A DNA stretch of 64,000 nt from Candidatus Marinacidobacterales bacterium. GTDB taxonomy: Bacteria; Acidobacteriota; Vicinamibacteria; Marinacidobacterales; DATDRI01. The DNA lies in the NCBI GenBank assembly GCA_965219415.1, contig CBDCNP010000002.1, positions 4,192,001-4,256,000 on the forward strand, read 5' to 3'. This document shows positions 43,463 through 53,852 of the stretch, piece after piece. The notes beneath the pieces are model-generated. The model had not been told where the DNA came from. It was given only the letters and a program-made list of their open reading frames with translations, and ran no database searches. The position numbers and the translations under genes are program-made. Within the stretch, counting starts at the first letter, position 1. Every line of letters starts with the position of its first letter.

Positions 43463-44360
43463 GTAGGGTCGAGGGCTGGCGCGGTGCTCCGTAGGCGCGG
43501 CCTATCTGTTTCTCCCCGTTTCCTGTGGGAGTGCCTCACTAGCCGCACCGTAAGTCCGTTTCCAGCCCCCGCCACATCGCACGCAGCGTACGGCTTTCCC
43601 GCACTACGCGCTCCTGCACACTTCCCGCGAAGGGTTATGTGACCTATCGAGCCGGGGTGTCTTTCGGCGAATCTACGAGATATCGAACTCGGTAATCGAA
43701 CAGTCCGACAGTCGCGTACATCCATCGCCTACTCCATCGCTTCCAGCCGAAACCTTGGCGCAAGAAGCGCCAAGACTTCTCGGCCTTCGCCTTGACGTAT
43801 ATCCTTCGTCTCAGCTCCTGCAGAGTGATGGGTGATTTTGTCATCTCACCCCTGCCTCGCTTGTTGACGAAGGAGTTGTGTGCAGCAGGGCCCCTTTGCT
43901 CCACGGGCGTTGCCCCGTTTCAACGCTACTACGGACCCAGCCGCCACCGTCTCGTCTTCGACCGTTTTCCCGGGGCCTCCGGTTATGCGGTCTACCTTGC
44001 TCCGTCGATTTCTCGACGGGACGAGGACGGCTTCTCCAGTTGCTTGGCATGTCCTTGTCACCGTGCTGTCCCTACCACCCCGCCACAGGGATGTGCCTCA
44101 TCAGATAGTCTGACAACACATCCTGTTGCCTTCGTCCGACACGAGAAAACTCGGCCTCTGGGGTCTATTTTTTTGTCGGGGCCACCTATGGGTTCACTTG
44201 TGTTACGGCCCGGTGACTCGCTCACCATCCTCAAGATGGCTTTGTCAGTCAGCTTCATCCGTCTCGTTTCCTCCACGAACGTGACTCAAGCTACGGGGCG
44301 CTAACTTTTTCCCCGGTGGGACTCTCTCCCACTGAACATGCCAGCCTTCGCTGGACGCAC
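43463..44360 (-). ncRNA. Group II intron with internally deleted RT ORF
   Basis: 5' GTGCG, 3' ...CGACCCTAC; domain V/VI-like GAGCGCGTAGTGCGGGAAA...; RT remnant MTKSPITLQELRRRIYVKAK fused to GFGWKRW. Confidence 0.88.
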
Positions 44361-44439
44361 TCGTGTCCAAAAATACAAACGAACCCTCGAAGACTCTATC
44401 CACCAAGGGCACAGTTTTGGCACAGGACGCGTGGCAGGG

Positions 44440-45999
44440 TTAACTGGCCCTGCCCACTGTGCTTGCGCGCAGCCCCTTCCAGGTGCTGTAGCACATGGCG
44501 ACCAGCACCAGCGCGAAGGGGAGGCCGGTGGCGAGGGTGGCTGCCTGTGCAGCCACGAGGCCGCCGCCGAGCAGCAGCGCGATGGCGATGATCCCCTCGA
44601 GAACGCACCAGAACACTCGCTGGGCGACTGGCGCATCCAGCTTGCCGCCGGCGGTGATGGTGTCGATGACCAGCGATCCAGAGTCGGAGGATGTGACGAA
44701 GAACACCACAATCAGCACGATGCCGAGGAACGACGTGATGTTCGCAAGCGGCAGCGTCTCCAGCATCGTAAACAGGGCTATCTCCGGCTGCTGCGCCTGC
44801 ACCGCCGCGATCACCTCGGGATGACCGTGGTCAACGTACTGCGATACCGCAGTCCCGCCGAAGGCGTTCATCCAGATCGCGGCAACCAGCGTCGGGATGA
44901 TCAGCATGCAGGCAGTCAGCTCGCGCACCGTCCGGCCGCGCGAGACCCGCGCGATAAACAAACCGACGAACGGGGACCATGAGATCCACCAGGCCCAGAA
45001 AAAGACAGTCCAGCCGTGCATGAAGTCGAGATCCTCTCGGCCCACCCAGTTGCTGAGGGGGCCGATCGCCGCGAGATACTGGCCGAGGCTGGTCACGGTG
45101 CCGGTGACAATGTCGAGCGTCGGTCCGACCGTCAGCATGAACGCCAGCAGTAGCAGGGCGAGCAGCAGGTTGGCCTCGCTCAGCCGCTTGACCCCCTTCT
45201 CCATCCCGCTGACAACCGACGCCAGCGCCATGCTGGTAATGCCGACGATCAGCAGCACCTGGGTGGTGGTGGTGTTGGTCGCCGGCGCGCCAAACAGGTG
45301 GGCCAGCCCCGCCGCCGCCTGTTGGGCACCCAGGCCGAGCGACGTGGCCAGCCCAAAGAGCGTGGCGAAGACGGCGAGGGTGTCGATGCCGTGGCCGAAC
45401 CGGCCCCACACCGCATCCCCCATGAGCGGATAGAACGCCGACCGTAGTGTCATCGGCAGGCCGAGGTTGTACGATGCGAAGGCAATCCCCAGCGCCACCA
45501 CTGCGTACATGGCCCACCCATGGATTCCCCAGTGGTAGATGGCGCTGGCCAAGCCGAGGTGGGCTGCCGCCGTGTCGGTCGCCTTGAGACCGAGCGGCGG
45601 TTGCAGGAAGTGCTCCACCGGCTCCGACACCCCGAAGAACATCAGGCCGATGCCTATCCCGGCAGCGAACAGCATGGCGAACCAAGCAGAGCGGGAGTAG
45701 TCCGGCCGGGCATCCGCGCCGCCCAGGCGCACGCGGCCGAGCGGCGTTACCACCAACATCAGGCAGAAGAGCACGAAGAGGTTGCCCGCGCTCATGAACA
45801 CCCAGTCGAAGGTCGACATGAGCCATGCGCGCAGCGCCCCGAAGGCGGCCGCCGCACCGGCCTGGAACACTAGCACGCCTGAAACGAACGCGATGATGGT
45901 CAGACTGGAGACGACGAAGACCGGATTGTGGATGTCGAGGCCGAGGAGTTGGACGTTGTCCTGACCCAGCTTGTAGTCGATCTTCGAGACCTCAGCCAT
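44440..45999 (-). CDS. BCCT-family transporter
   Basis: WFAMLFAAGIGIGLMF, HWGIHGW, WAWWISWSPFVG, TSSDS. Confidence 0.93.
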   Translation of the reverse strand: MAEVSKIDYKLGQDNVQLLGLDIHNPVFVVSSLTIIAFVSGVLVFQAGAAAAFGALRAWLMSTFDWVFMSAGNLFVLFCLMLVVTPLGRVRLGGADARPDYSRSAWFAMLFAAGIGIGLMFFGVSEPVEHFLQPPLGLKATDTAAAHLGLASAIYHWGIHGWAMYAVVALGIAFASYNLGLPMTLRSAFYPLMGDAVWGRFGHGIDTLAVFATLFGLATSLGLGAQQAAAGLAHLFGAPATNTTTTQVLLIVGITSMALASVVSGMEKGVKRLSEANLLLALLLLAFMLTVGPTLDIVTGTVTSLGQYLAAIGPLSNWVGREDLDFMHGWTVFFWAWWISWSPFVGLFIARVSRGRTVRELTACMLIIPTLVAAIWMNAFGGTAVSQYVDHGHPEVIAAVQAQQPEIALFTMLETLPLANITSFLGIVLIVVFFVTSSDSGSLVIDTITAGGKLDAPVAQRVFWCVLEGIIAIALLLGGGLVAAQAATLATGLPFALVLVAMCYSTWKGLRASTVGRAS

Positions 46000-46759
46000 A
46001 TGGTGTTGCAATAGCGTTTTACCATGCGGAGGCTTTTGTTTCTACCCTCGACCGGGCCCTTCGTGAATAGTCCGGGCTAGCCGGCGCGGAACCGCAGGTG
46101 CTTGCTCCGTTTACTGTTGCCGGCTCGTCCACGTCGTCGTGCGAGGACAGCTGTGCTCCGCAATAAGTCTATCCAGTGTCGATTGCTCGGTTTAGACCTG
46201 CCAAGTTCGGACGCTTCTGGCCGGTTTTATTTTTTGCGGATCACAACCCCGGTGGTGCGGACATCGAGCCACATTTCCGCAGTCGGATGAGAGCGCGAAC
46301 AAATGACGAAATCATGCGGGCATGGTGCCGGCAGACCGGAGACTAATCAAGTTCGCGCGCGCGGATGAATAAATAGAAGGCACAACTCGCTCTTGCTCGA
46401 CAAAACAAACCTTTCGACGTAAGCGTTCAGATTCGGCGAACGGTACGAGCTTCTGGGCGATCTTATTTATTGCAGATCACACCCATTAGACTGCACTTTA
46501 CCGGGCAAAAGAGCGAATGTTCGGTGATGCCGAAGGATACAGGTCTCCCTCCGGAGCGATGAATGTGGTCTCGCCCGATTGTAGTCGTCACGCCATTCAG
46601 TCAAGAGTCGGCGAGATGTTCCTCGTGGGAGACGGCTGTCAGGCCGTGCGCCTTGACGAACCGGCACAGCACCGCGTCGACTCGGAAAGACCAAGTTGCC
46701 CGTGGCCGAGGTCAGGGCTCCGCCGATGGCCAAGATTGACCGGATGCGAGATCGGGGTG

Positions 46760-47465
46760 ACCAGCCGTCCGGTGGACGATGATGCGGATGTCTGCGCTTA
46801 CCCTTACCGACCAGAAATTTTTGTCCTTGGACTTATCCAGCTTGTGGAAGCTCAGTCCAGGATTGGCGGAATTCAATTGGAGGTCAAACGCTGTGGTTTT
46901 GACCGCCTTCTGCTCGTCCCCGTTGAGTCGCACGAGGCTGTCAGTGAAGGTATCGGGAGATGAGAAAATCCATCCAATTCTTGCTCTCAGGTCGAAGGCA
47001 GGCGCTCTGGCCAGTAGTAGTGAACGGGCGCCAGCCACCTCGACGACGGGTTCTGTTCACTGGTCGGGAGCTTGGCGAACAGGTCCTCCGGCCAAACCCG
47101 ACGGAATCCTTCACGTGCCGCAACAGCCGCGATCAGCGCATCCCTTCGGTTGTCCTTAGGATCGTCAAGTGTCACATCTGACTGAATCGCACTGAACTTC
47201 TGCTTCCAGAAACCACGACCCAACGCCAGCAAAACGGCCTTTGGATGGGCCTCGGTTAATCCCATAGAAGGGAATCGGTCACGTAACAAGTGAGCGACGA
47301 GGACACCCTGGACAAGAACGCTTCCCCAAAGACTGTTCACCGCTAGGATGCTCCGACGCGCCGCGGGATACCGGGCAAGAAGCCGGCGGTCTGCGTCACG
47401 GAGGCCAGACGAACCCGACGACCACCAAAGCGGAGCATCGATTCCCGCAGCCTGAGGGACCTCCC
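46760..47465 (-). pseudogene. Fragment carrying the 3' part of a DUF429-like nuclease and the 5' part of a UvrD-type helicase
   Basis: AGIDAPL...TEAHPK...RDALIAA; DTFTDSLVRL...KTTAFDLQ...FWSVRV. Confidence 0.55.
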
Positions 47466-47644
47466 CGTCCTGTGCCAAAACTCAGCCCTTTTGAAATAGA
47501 CCATAAATCAGCAACTTAGAGTCTGTGTTTGCGGCCGTGCCCAGGACCGAGCGCGAACAAACGACGAAATCATGCAGGCATAGTCCCGACAGATCGGAGA
47601 CCGATCAGGTTCGGGGCGCGCGGATGAATAAATAGAAAGCACAG

Positions 47645-47735
47645 GGTACGACACTCCGTCCTGGCGCGCAACGGCAGCCGTGGATCATCGGACAACAGCC
47701 AGAGAAACGTGCAGGTGTCGAGCAGGAGCGTCACG
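47645..47735 (-). pseudogene. PIN/VapC 5' fragment
   Basis: LLLDTCTFLWLLSDDPRL; cut by an F terminus. Confidence 0.6.
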
Positions 47736-47974
47736 GCGACACCCCTGACCATCGCTCCGGGATGGGCCACGGGGCTCCGACCCGCTGTTCGATTGCCTGC
47801 TGGCAGCGGGTGCCGTGGCCGCCGAGCCACCGTGTGACCCGCGACGCTTTCTTATCAGTCCGCTGGTACTTTGCGCCGACCATCAATGAGCCGTCCAGCG
47901 GATAGACATCACCCGTGTGTTGCACCAACACACCGGTATCGCACAACCGCTCAACGACGCCCGAAAGGATCTCC

Positions 47975-48121
47975 CGTCCTGTGCCAAAACTCGGCCCTTT
48001 AGAAATAGACCACAAATCAGCAGCTTAGACGCCCTTGGAATCCGCGCAGAATCCAGGGTATTTCGCGCCGCAGGGCTGACTTCCGACCCATGGGCTGGCG
48101 GATGAATAAATAGAAGGCACA
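47975..48121 (-). repeat. MITE-B copy
   Basis: 147-bp inverted match. Confidence 0.9.
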
Positions 48122-48361
48122 ACCAGAGGAACAAGGGGAAAAAGCTCATTGACGGTTTACCCGTCGTGTCCAAAAACACAAACGAACTCAAGATCTGTGT
48201 CGCAAGCTAGACGGAACGGATGCTCTGGACGGCCGAGTTTTGGCAAAGGATGCCGTCAAGCGTACTCGCTAATCAGATCAAAAATATCCAGAAGAAACGT
48301 AATCTGACGACGGTCGAGCTTTTCACGCTGGGCGAGCGGGACGGCCCTGAACCATTCGTCT

Positions 48362-48527
48362 GGTGCTTCCGCCATTAAGTGTTGGTGAGATGACGCTAAG
48401 ACTTTACGGTGCATTAAGTTACAGCCAAAATAGCGCTCGTGACCTTCGCTGCGCGCTAAATAGAGCGTAAGCGACTCTTTTGCAACGGGATACGTCCACA
48501 TCATCAACAGTAAACAGCGCAAGCACC
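48362..48527 (-). repeat. MITE-A copy
   Basis: 166-bp inverted match. Confidence 0.9.
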
Positions 48528-49038
48528 CCAGAAGGTCATCCGTCGCTTCTTTGGGCCAGCGTGCCTCTACGGCCAGGTCCTCAAAACGCGCAGGAACGAT
48601 CGCATCATCAAGGTCGAACGGAGAGCGCTGCACGGAGCCGCGTGGCGATTTGATGACGCGCTCAATAACTCCGAGGACTCCTCGACATTGAACACGTCGT
48701 TCATCGAGCGGTTGAATCTGACCATCCGGCAAAGCTCGGCATACCTTTCGAGACGAACGCTTTCCCACGCTCGCTCGACGGAGAAGCTCGATGAGCACAT
48801 GGAATTGCTCCGTTGCTATTACAACTTCGTCCGACCGCACGGAGCTCTGAAGTTCGGACGTGAGATCCGAACTCCGGCTATGCAAGCCGGTCTCACCACG
48901 CGACGGCTCACCTTTCGAGACATCTTCTTGGCGACGACGATTCCTTTGTGGTCGCGGATCGAGGTTTTCCTGCTCACTGGGGTGCGCAACCCGGTCTCTT
49001 CCGCACCTGTACCACTGCCCCGCAGCCGCGTAGCAACA
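48528..49038 (+). pseudogene. IS1-like transposase 3' half
   Basis: NTSFIERLNLTIRQ...RRTLSHAR...YYNFVRPH. Confidence 0.75.
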
Positions 49039-49139
49039 TATCTGGACTCCTCTAGTCAAGCCCCTTTCTTTCTAGTCACGCCCCTTTCTTAATAAATCTT
49101 CCATCGAAGCTGCGCATCCATCGCGTCGTGACGAGTGGG

Positions 49140-49310
49140 TCAGACTGCAAACGTATCTTCGGCCTCAGTGAGGAGCGTCTTGGGTGCTCCGGGCCATGAT
49201 GGAAAATCCGCGCGCGAGGAGCCAATCACTTTGAACGACCTCTTAGGGCCAGTGTTGCTATTGGCTTGACCCCGCGCCGGTCCGACCGGTACGCCATCAG
49301 TTGGATGGGT
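49140..49310 (-). ncRNA. Putative seek/bridge RNA of the IS1111 element (boundaries approximate)
   Basis: Segments matching the target (49251-49260, 49227-49231) and the donor junction (49196-49204, 49152-49158). Confidence 0.65.
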
Positions 49311-49368
49311 ATCGTCGCAGCCTCTTTTGGAAGGGAAAAAGGAAAACACGAAAGTGGAGCCTCTAAAT

Positions 49369-50400
49369 CTAAGCGGCCACCGGCGACTGGAATTCACTCT
49401 CGCGGGTGGAGACGGCCCAGACGATCCGGGCGAGTTTGTTGGCGACAGCAATCACGGCCTTGTTGTGTCCCCGCGAGCGGTGGACCTTCCGAGCCCAGGC
49501 GCGGAGCTTGTCGGGCGGGCTCTTGCTGACGTTCGCCGCGCGGAGCACGGCGCGCCCGCCCTGGGTGAGGAGCATACGGAGGTAGGAGTCGCCACGCTTG
49601 GTGATGCGTCCGAGGCGGCGAATGTCGCCACTGGAGTTTTCCTTGGGAACTAGGCCGAGGTAGCTCGAGAAGCGGCGCCCCGATGGGAAGCGGCGAAGAT
49701 CGCCGACGAAGCCCACGATGGCGGTCGCGGCCAGAAGTCCGATGCCGGGAATGGCGAGAAGTCGTTGGACTTCAGGAAGCTGCTTGGTGAGCGCCTTGAG
49801 CTCGTGCTCGATGCTAGCGCACTTGTCCTTGAGTTCTCGAATCTCGGAGCAGGCATCACGGAGATGCGAACGGAGCACGTCGGGCAAATCAGAATCAGCG
49901 TCTTCGACGAGTTCGAAGAGGGCGGGCACGACGAAGTGAGCGCCCTTTGGGATGATGAATCCGAGTTCGCGCAGGAGCCCGCGTACGGCATTGATGCGTG
50001 CGGTCCGTGTGGAGAGCCATCCTGAGCGCAGGCGATGGAGCGCAGCGAGGGTGTGCTGGTGCACGGACTTGATGGGTACGGGAAGAAGCTCCTCGTTCCT
50101 GTAGGCCTCGAGCAACGCCTTCGTGTCGGCGCGGTCGTTCTTGCTCCCGCGTCGATACGGCCTCACGAGGTGAGGTGGGAGCAGGACGACGTCGTGTCCC
50201 AACCTTCGGAACGTCCTTGCCCAGAAGTGAGCCGAGCCGCAGGCTTCGAGAAGCACGGTGGCAGCGCTCTGTTTGGCAAAGAACGACACCAATTTGGGTC
50301 GACTCACACGGAGTTGCTTGGACACCTTCCCCGCTTCTCCCGAGATGGCAATCTCGAAGACGTTCTTTGCAAGATCCACAGCGATTGTCGTATCTTTCAT
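49369..50400 (-). CDS. IS110-family DEDD transposase
   Basis: AVDLAKNVF, LEAC, KNDRAD, IPGIG, YLGLVP..SSG, AVANKLARI. Confidence 0.95.
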   Translation of the reverse strand: MKDTTIAVDLAKNVFEIAISGEAGKVSKQLRVSRPKLVSFFAKQSAATVLLEACGSAHFWARTFRRLGHDVVLLPPHLVRPYRRGSKNDRADTKALLEAYRNEELLPVPIKSVHQHTLAALHRLRSGWLSTRTARINAVRGLLRELGFIIPKGAHFVVPALFELVEDADSDLPDVLRSHLRDACSEIRELKDKCASIEHELKALTKQLPEVQRLLAIPGIGLLAATAIVGFVGDLRRFPSGRRFSSYLGLVPKENSSGDIRRLGRITKRGDSYLRMLLTQGGRAVLRAANVSKSPPDKLRAWARKVHRSRGHNKAVIAVANKLARIVWAVSTRESEFQSPVAA

Positions 50401-50536
50401 TTGGACTCCTCCTTTTCGATGCGTATTCGACTGACTTTGGCACATCGATGCCGTCTATGTCAGTGGAGGAGTCCATTCCATCACTTGATGGCGGAAGCAC
50501 CGCCTCGCGTCCGCGCGGCAGATGCCGGGACCGCAC

Positions 50537-51853
50537 CTAGTAGTGGGAGTCCGCCGTGAGAATCGCCTCAAGCAACACAGCCGTACCGTTCGCCACGTCT
50601 TTCGGCTCAGTGAACTCCTCGGGAGAATGACTGATGCCGTTTACGCTGGGTACGAAGATCATCCCAACCGGAGCAAGAAGAGCGATACTCTGGGCATCGT
50701 GTCCTGCCCCGCTCGACATCGAGAGCGTTGATAGTTCGAGCCTTGCCGCAGCCTCTTGGACGATCTCTTGGAGCGTTTGATCAGTCGGCGTAGCGCGGCT
50801 CACGTAGTACCGGTCGAATGAGATCGTAGTGGCGTTGCGCGCTGCGACGGTTCGACTCTCCCGTTCGATCTCACCAAAGACGCTCTCGATCTTGGCCATC
50901 TCGAGGTCGCGTATCTCGAGGCTGAGCTCGACTCGACCGGACACGACGTTCGGGGCTCCGGGATGAACCTCGAGTTTCCCCACCGTGCCTACCTGACGAC
51001 CGGGCGTCTCGGTAACGACAGCGTTGACGAGCTCGATGAAGCGCCCCGCAGTCAACATTGCGTCTCGTCGTTGATTCATCGGAGTCGTTCCTGCGTGGTT
51101 GGCTAAGCCTTCGACAGTGACGTTCCAGCGGATAATCCCCACGATTCCTTCGACAACGCCGATGTCGATCCCCCGCTGATGGAGGGTCGCACCTTGCTCG
51201 ATGTGGAGTTCCAGGTAGCAGGCGATCGATCCTGGCTTCCGCTGTGCCTCGACGATCCGAGTGGGATCCCCGCCGATATAGGCGATGCCCTCCCCGATCG
51301 TCTTCTCGGTATGCGTAGGAAGCGCTAGCTCTCTGTCTTCGACTTCGCCCGAGAGAGCACGGCTTCCAGTCTTGCCGTTCTCTTCGTTCTGAAACAGGAT
51401 CACCTCAAGGGGATGCCGCGTAAGCCAACCAGCGTCGGACATCGTGTGAACGACCTCGACCGCGGCCATCGACCCGACCTGACCATCGTAGTTTCCACCG
51501 TGAGGTACCGAGTCAATGTGCGAGCCGAAGAGGATTGGGGGCAGGCTCGGCTCCTGCCCGTCACGACGACCGACCACGTTTCCAGCGACGTCGATGCTGA
51601 CGTCGAGCCCAGCCTCCTCCATGGCCGAGATGGCATAGGCTCGTCCCTCACAATCGGCTTCGCTGTAGGCGACTCGGCTGATACCGTCCTCGGCGGTCCG
51701 GCCGAAGCGTGACAGCTCGCTGAGCCGGCGGTTCACGCGATCGCCGTTGATGTTGAGGCGAAGGCGTTCTCTGGGATGTTGGACCGGACGCGGAGAGACG
51801 GGAAGCGAAAGCGCGCAAGCTCCGAGACTCAGTAAGAACTCCCGACGCTCCAT
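50537..51853 (-). CDS. M20 Zn-dependent hydrolase (allantoate amidohydrolase/carbamoylase family), Tat-like leader
   Basis: GSHIDSV..GGNYDG, ELHIEQG, NHAGTTPM, SGAGHDAQ, GISHSPEE. Confidence 0.92.
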   Translation of the reverse strand: MERREFLLSLGACALSLPVSPRPVQHPRERLRLNINGDRVNRRLSELSRFGRTAEDGISRVAYSEADCEGRAYAISAMEEAGLDVSIDVAGNVVGRRDGQEPSLPPILFGSHIDSVPHGGNYDGQVGSMAAVEVVHTMSDAGWLTRHPLEVILFQNEENGKTGSRALSGEVEDRELALPTHTEKTIGEGIAYIGGDPTRIVEAQRKPGSIACYLELHIEQGATLHQRGIDIGVVEGIVGIIRWNVTVEGLANHAGTTPMNQRRDAMLTAGRFIELVNAVVTETPGRQVGTVGKLEVHPGAPNVVSGRVELSLEIRDLEMAKIESVFGEIERESRTVAARNATTISFDRYYVSRATPTDQTLQEIVQEAAARLELSTLSMSSGAGHDAQSIALLAPVGMIFVPSVNGISHSPEEFTEPKDVANGTAVLLEAILTADSHY

Positions 51854-51925
51854 AGGCGGGAGTGTAGCCGAAACTTGCGCGCTGTGGTCGCTGCGAGCTG
51901 TCCCCGTCCTGTGCCAAAACTCGGC

Positions 51926-53211
51926 TGTCCATCATCATTATTAATCCGGGACCGGACTCTAGGGCCCGGGCCGCCCTCGAGCACATGCTGGAGAGCGTGG
52001 TCAGCGCGCGAGGGAAGGTGCTGAGGACGAACTTCTCGGCGACCAGCCGAGTAACGCGAGCGACCAAGCTGACTCAGGCTGCCTCTCGCCACTCGTATCG
52101 ATGGTGCAGTCCACCGACTCGCGGCAGTGCGACGACTTTCGCCGTAGGAGACGGTCGGTGCGTGACCGTTCTCAAGCTCGGTGTGTCCTTGTTCAGTCCC
52201 AAGTGGCAACGGTCCTCATGATAGTAGCTGATGTAAGCTCGCACGAGCCGGATGAGATGACATGCACCGAGAACCACGACGTGCTCAAGGAGCTCGCGAC
52301 GGCAGCTGCCGATCCACCGCTCCGCGGTTCCGTTTTGCCATGGGCTGCGAAACGAAGTGCAAACGGGTTTTGTGCCCGTTGCCTTGATGAACTCGATGAC
52401 CGCAGCGTTAAAGATGAAGTCGCGATCGAAGATGAGATATCTCGGAGCGGTGTCGTAGGGAAACGCCTCGCGTAGTTGCTGAATAACCCAAGCAGACGTC
52501 GGGTGGAACGTGGCGTTGAAGTGAACGATGTGCCGACGACCGTGCTCGATGACGAAGAAACCGTACAGCAGCCGGAGCGACGCGGTGGGCACAGTGAACA
52601 GATCCATGGCGGCGATATCGTCTTTATGGTTGCGCAAGAAAGCCATCCATCGTTTCAGCTGGTCGGGCCCCGCGGGACGCCGCGGCAGGTATCGCGACAC
52701 CGTGCTCTCGGAGATGATGAAACCGAGCTTGGTGAGCTCAGCATGGATGCGTGGCGCCCCCCAGCCGTCTTGCGCCATCGTGCGGACGAGGCGACGAATC
52801 TCGGCATCAATCCGAGGCCGACCGGGATGGCAGCGCTGCGAGATCTTTGCCCAGTACCGTCGGAATCGGTCGCGATGCCAACGGGCTACGGTGTCCGCGT
52901 GGACGATGAGCAGGCGGCTCGCCCACACGGGCCACGAACCTCGAAGGGCAACCCAGAAAGCCCGTTCCGTGTCGTCGAGCGGTGGGCGTGGGCGCTCTTT
53001 CTTCAGCGCCGTCACTTGCTGCCGCAAAGCGACGTTCTCCAACACCAGGTCGGCGCGGCGCCGACACATCGCCCGAATGGCACGGACGCCAAGTGAGACG
53101 AGGAAGACAACAACGTTGAGCATAGCGGCGGAGTTTCGCCGTCTTCGGCCCGGAATTCAAGCGGAGCGTAAGTCCTTGATTTCGTGGGCGGAGCAGTTTT
53201 GACGATGCACA
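51926..53211 (-). mobile_element. rve element type E, second copy
   Basis: Near-identical to 41697-42981; right end joined inside a B terminus. Confidence 0.9.
52074..53123 (-). CDS. Integrase-core (rve) DDE transposase
   Basis: 349 aa, near-identical to 41784-42833. Confidence 0.9.
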   Translation of the reverse strand: MLNVVVFLVSLGVRAIRAMCRRRADLVLENVALRQQVTALKKERPRPPLDDTERAFWVALRGSWPVWASRLLIVHADTVARWHRDRFRRYWAKISQRCHPGRPRIDAEIRRLVRTMAQDGWGAPRIHAELTKLGFIISESTVSRYLPRRPAGPDQLKRWMAFLRNHKDDIAAMDLFTVPTASLRLLYGFFVIEHGRRHIVHFNATFHPTSAWVIQQLREAFPYDTAPRYLIFDRDFIFNAAVIEFIKATGTKPVCTSFRSPWQNGTAERWIGSCRRELLEHVVVLGACHLIRLVRAYISYYHEDRCHLGLNKDTPSLRTVTHRPSPTAKVVALPRVGGLHHRYEWREAA

Positions 53212-53852
53212 AGCCAGCCTTTCTCTTGTCCGCGCCCGTGAAGGCACCTCTCTCGTGGCCAAAGAGTTCGGATTCCACGAGTTCAGCTGGTATAGCGCCG
53301 CAGTTGACCGCTTTGAAGGGTTGATCCCGCCGTGGACTGGCTCTGTAGATCGACCGGGCAAGCAACTCTTTCCCTGTGCCAGACTCGCCCTCTAAAAGGA
53401 TCGGCACTGATCGCGGAGCAACACGCCGCGCCTTGGCGATCACGCGAGCCATGGCTCGACTGCGGTGAATGATGTCAGCGAATTCGGGAGCCTCGGGAGG
53501 AAGCCCGGCGGCCAACTTCTCGAGGCGTTCGTCCGAACCTCGGAGGAGATCCGGTATGAACTCGGCCGACATGTCGAAGGGCACGGATGCCGTCCGTACG
53601 CCATGCTTAAGCGAGGACTCGATCAACTCACCTGGGAAGCGCGTCTTGGCCAGGATAATCCAGACCGCCGTCATGGCGGGAGTCCCTGGGCTCAGATGAA
53701 AGGTCAGCTCGGAATCCTTGCCGTAACGCACGAGTGACTCGGTCACGACCCGAACCGCTACTTCGTATATCTCGCCGAATTGCGTGGGACCAGACAACGA
53801 CTTGTGGCATACGGCCACTTGTGCCTTGGTCTGAGGCCGGAGCCATTCTAGG

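Larger units (their letters stand above)
49039..50483 (-). mobile_element. IS110-family, IS1111-type element
   Basis: Sub-terminal IRs TGGACTCCTC, CA core at both junctions, 330-bp downstream non-coding region. Confidence 0.9.

Noticed and set aside
46060-46082. CCCTTCGTGAATAGTCCGGGCTAG as a further IS terminus
   Set aside because: Single occurrence with no partner end or transposase in the window, so it cannot be supported.
49292-49299. Extra 8-nt match (TGATGGCG) between the IS1111 non-coding region and its target
   Set aside because: It lies outside the four-guide pattern and resembles sequence I recall as generally conserved in IS1111 non-coding regions, so it is probably coincidental.
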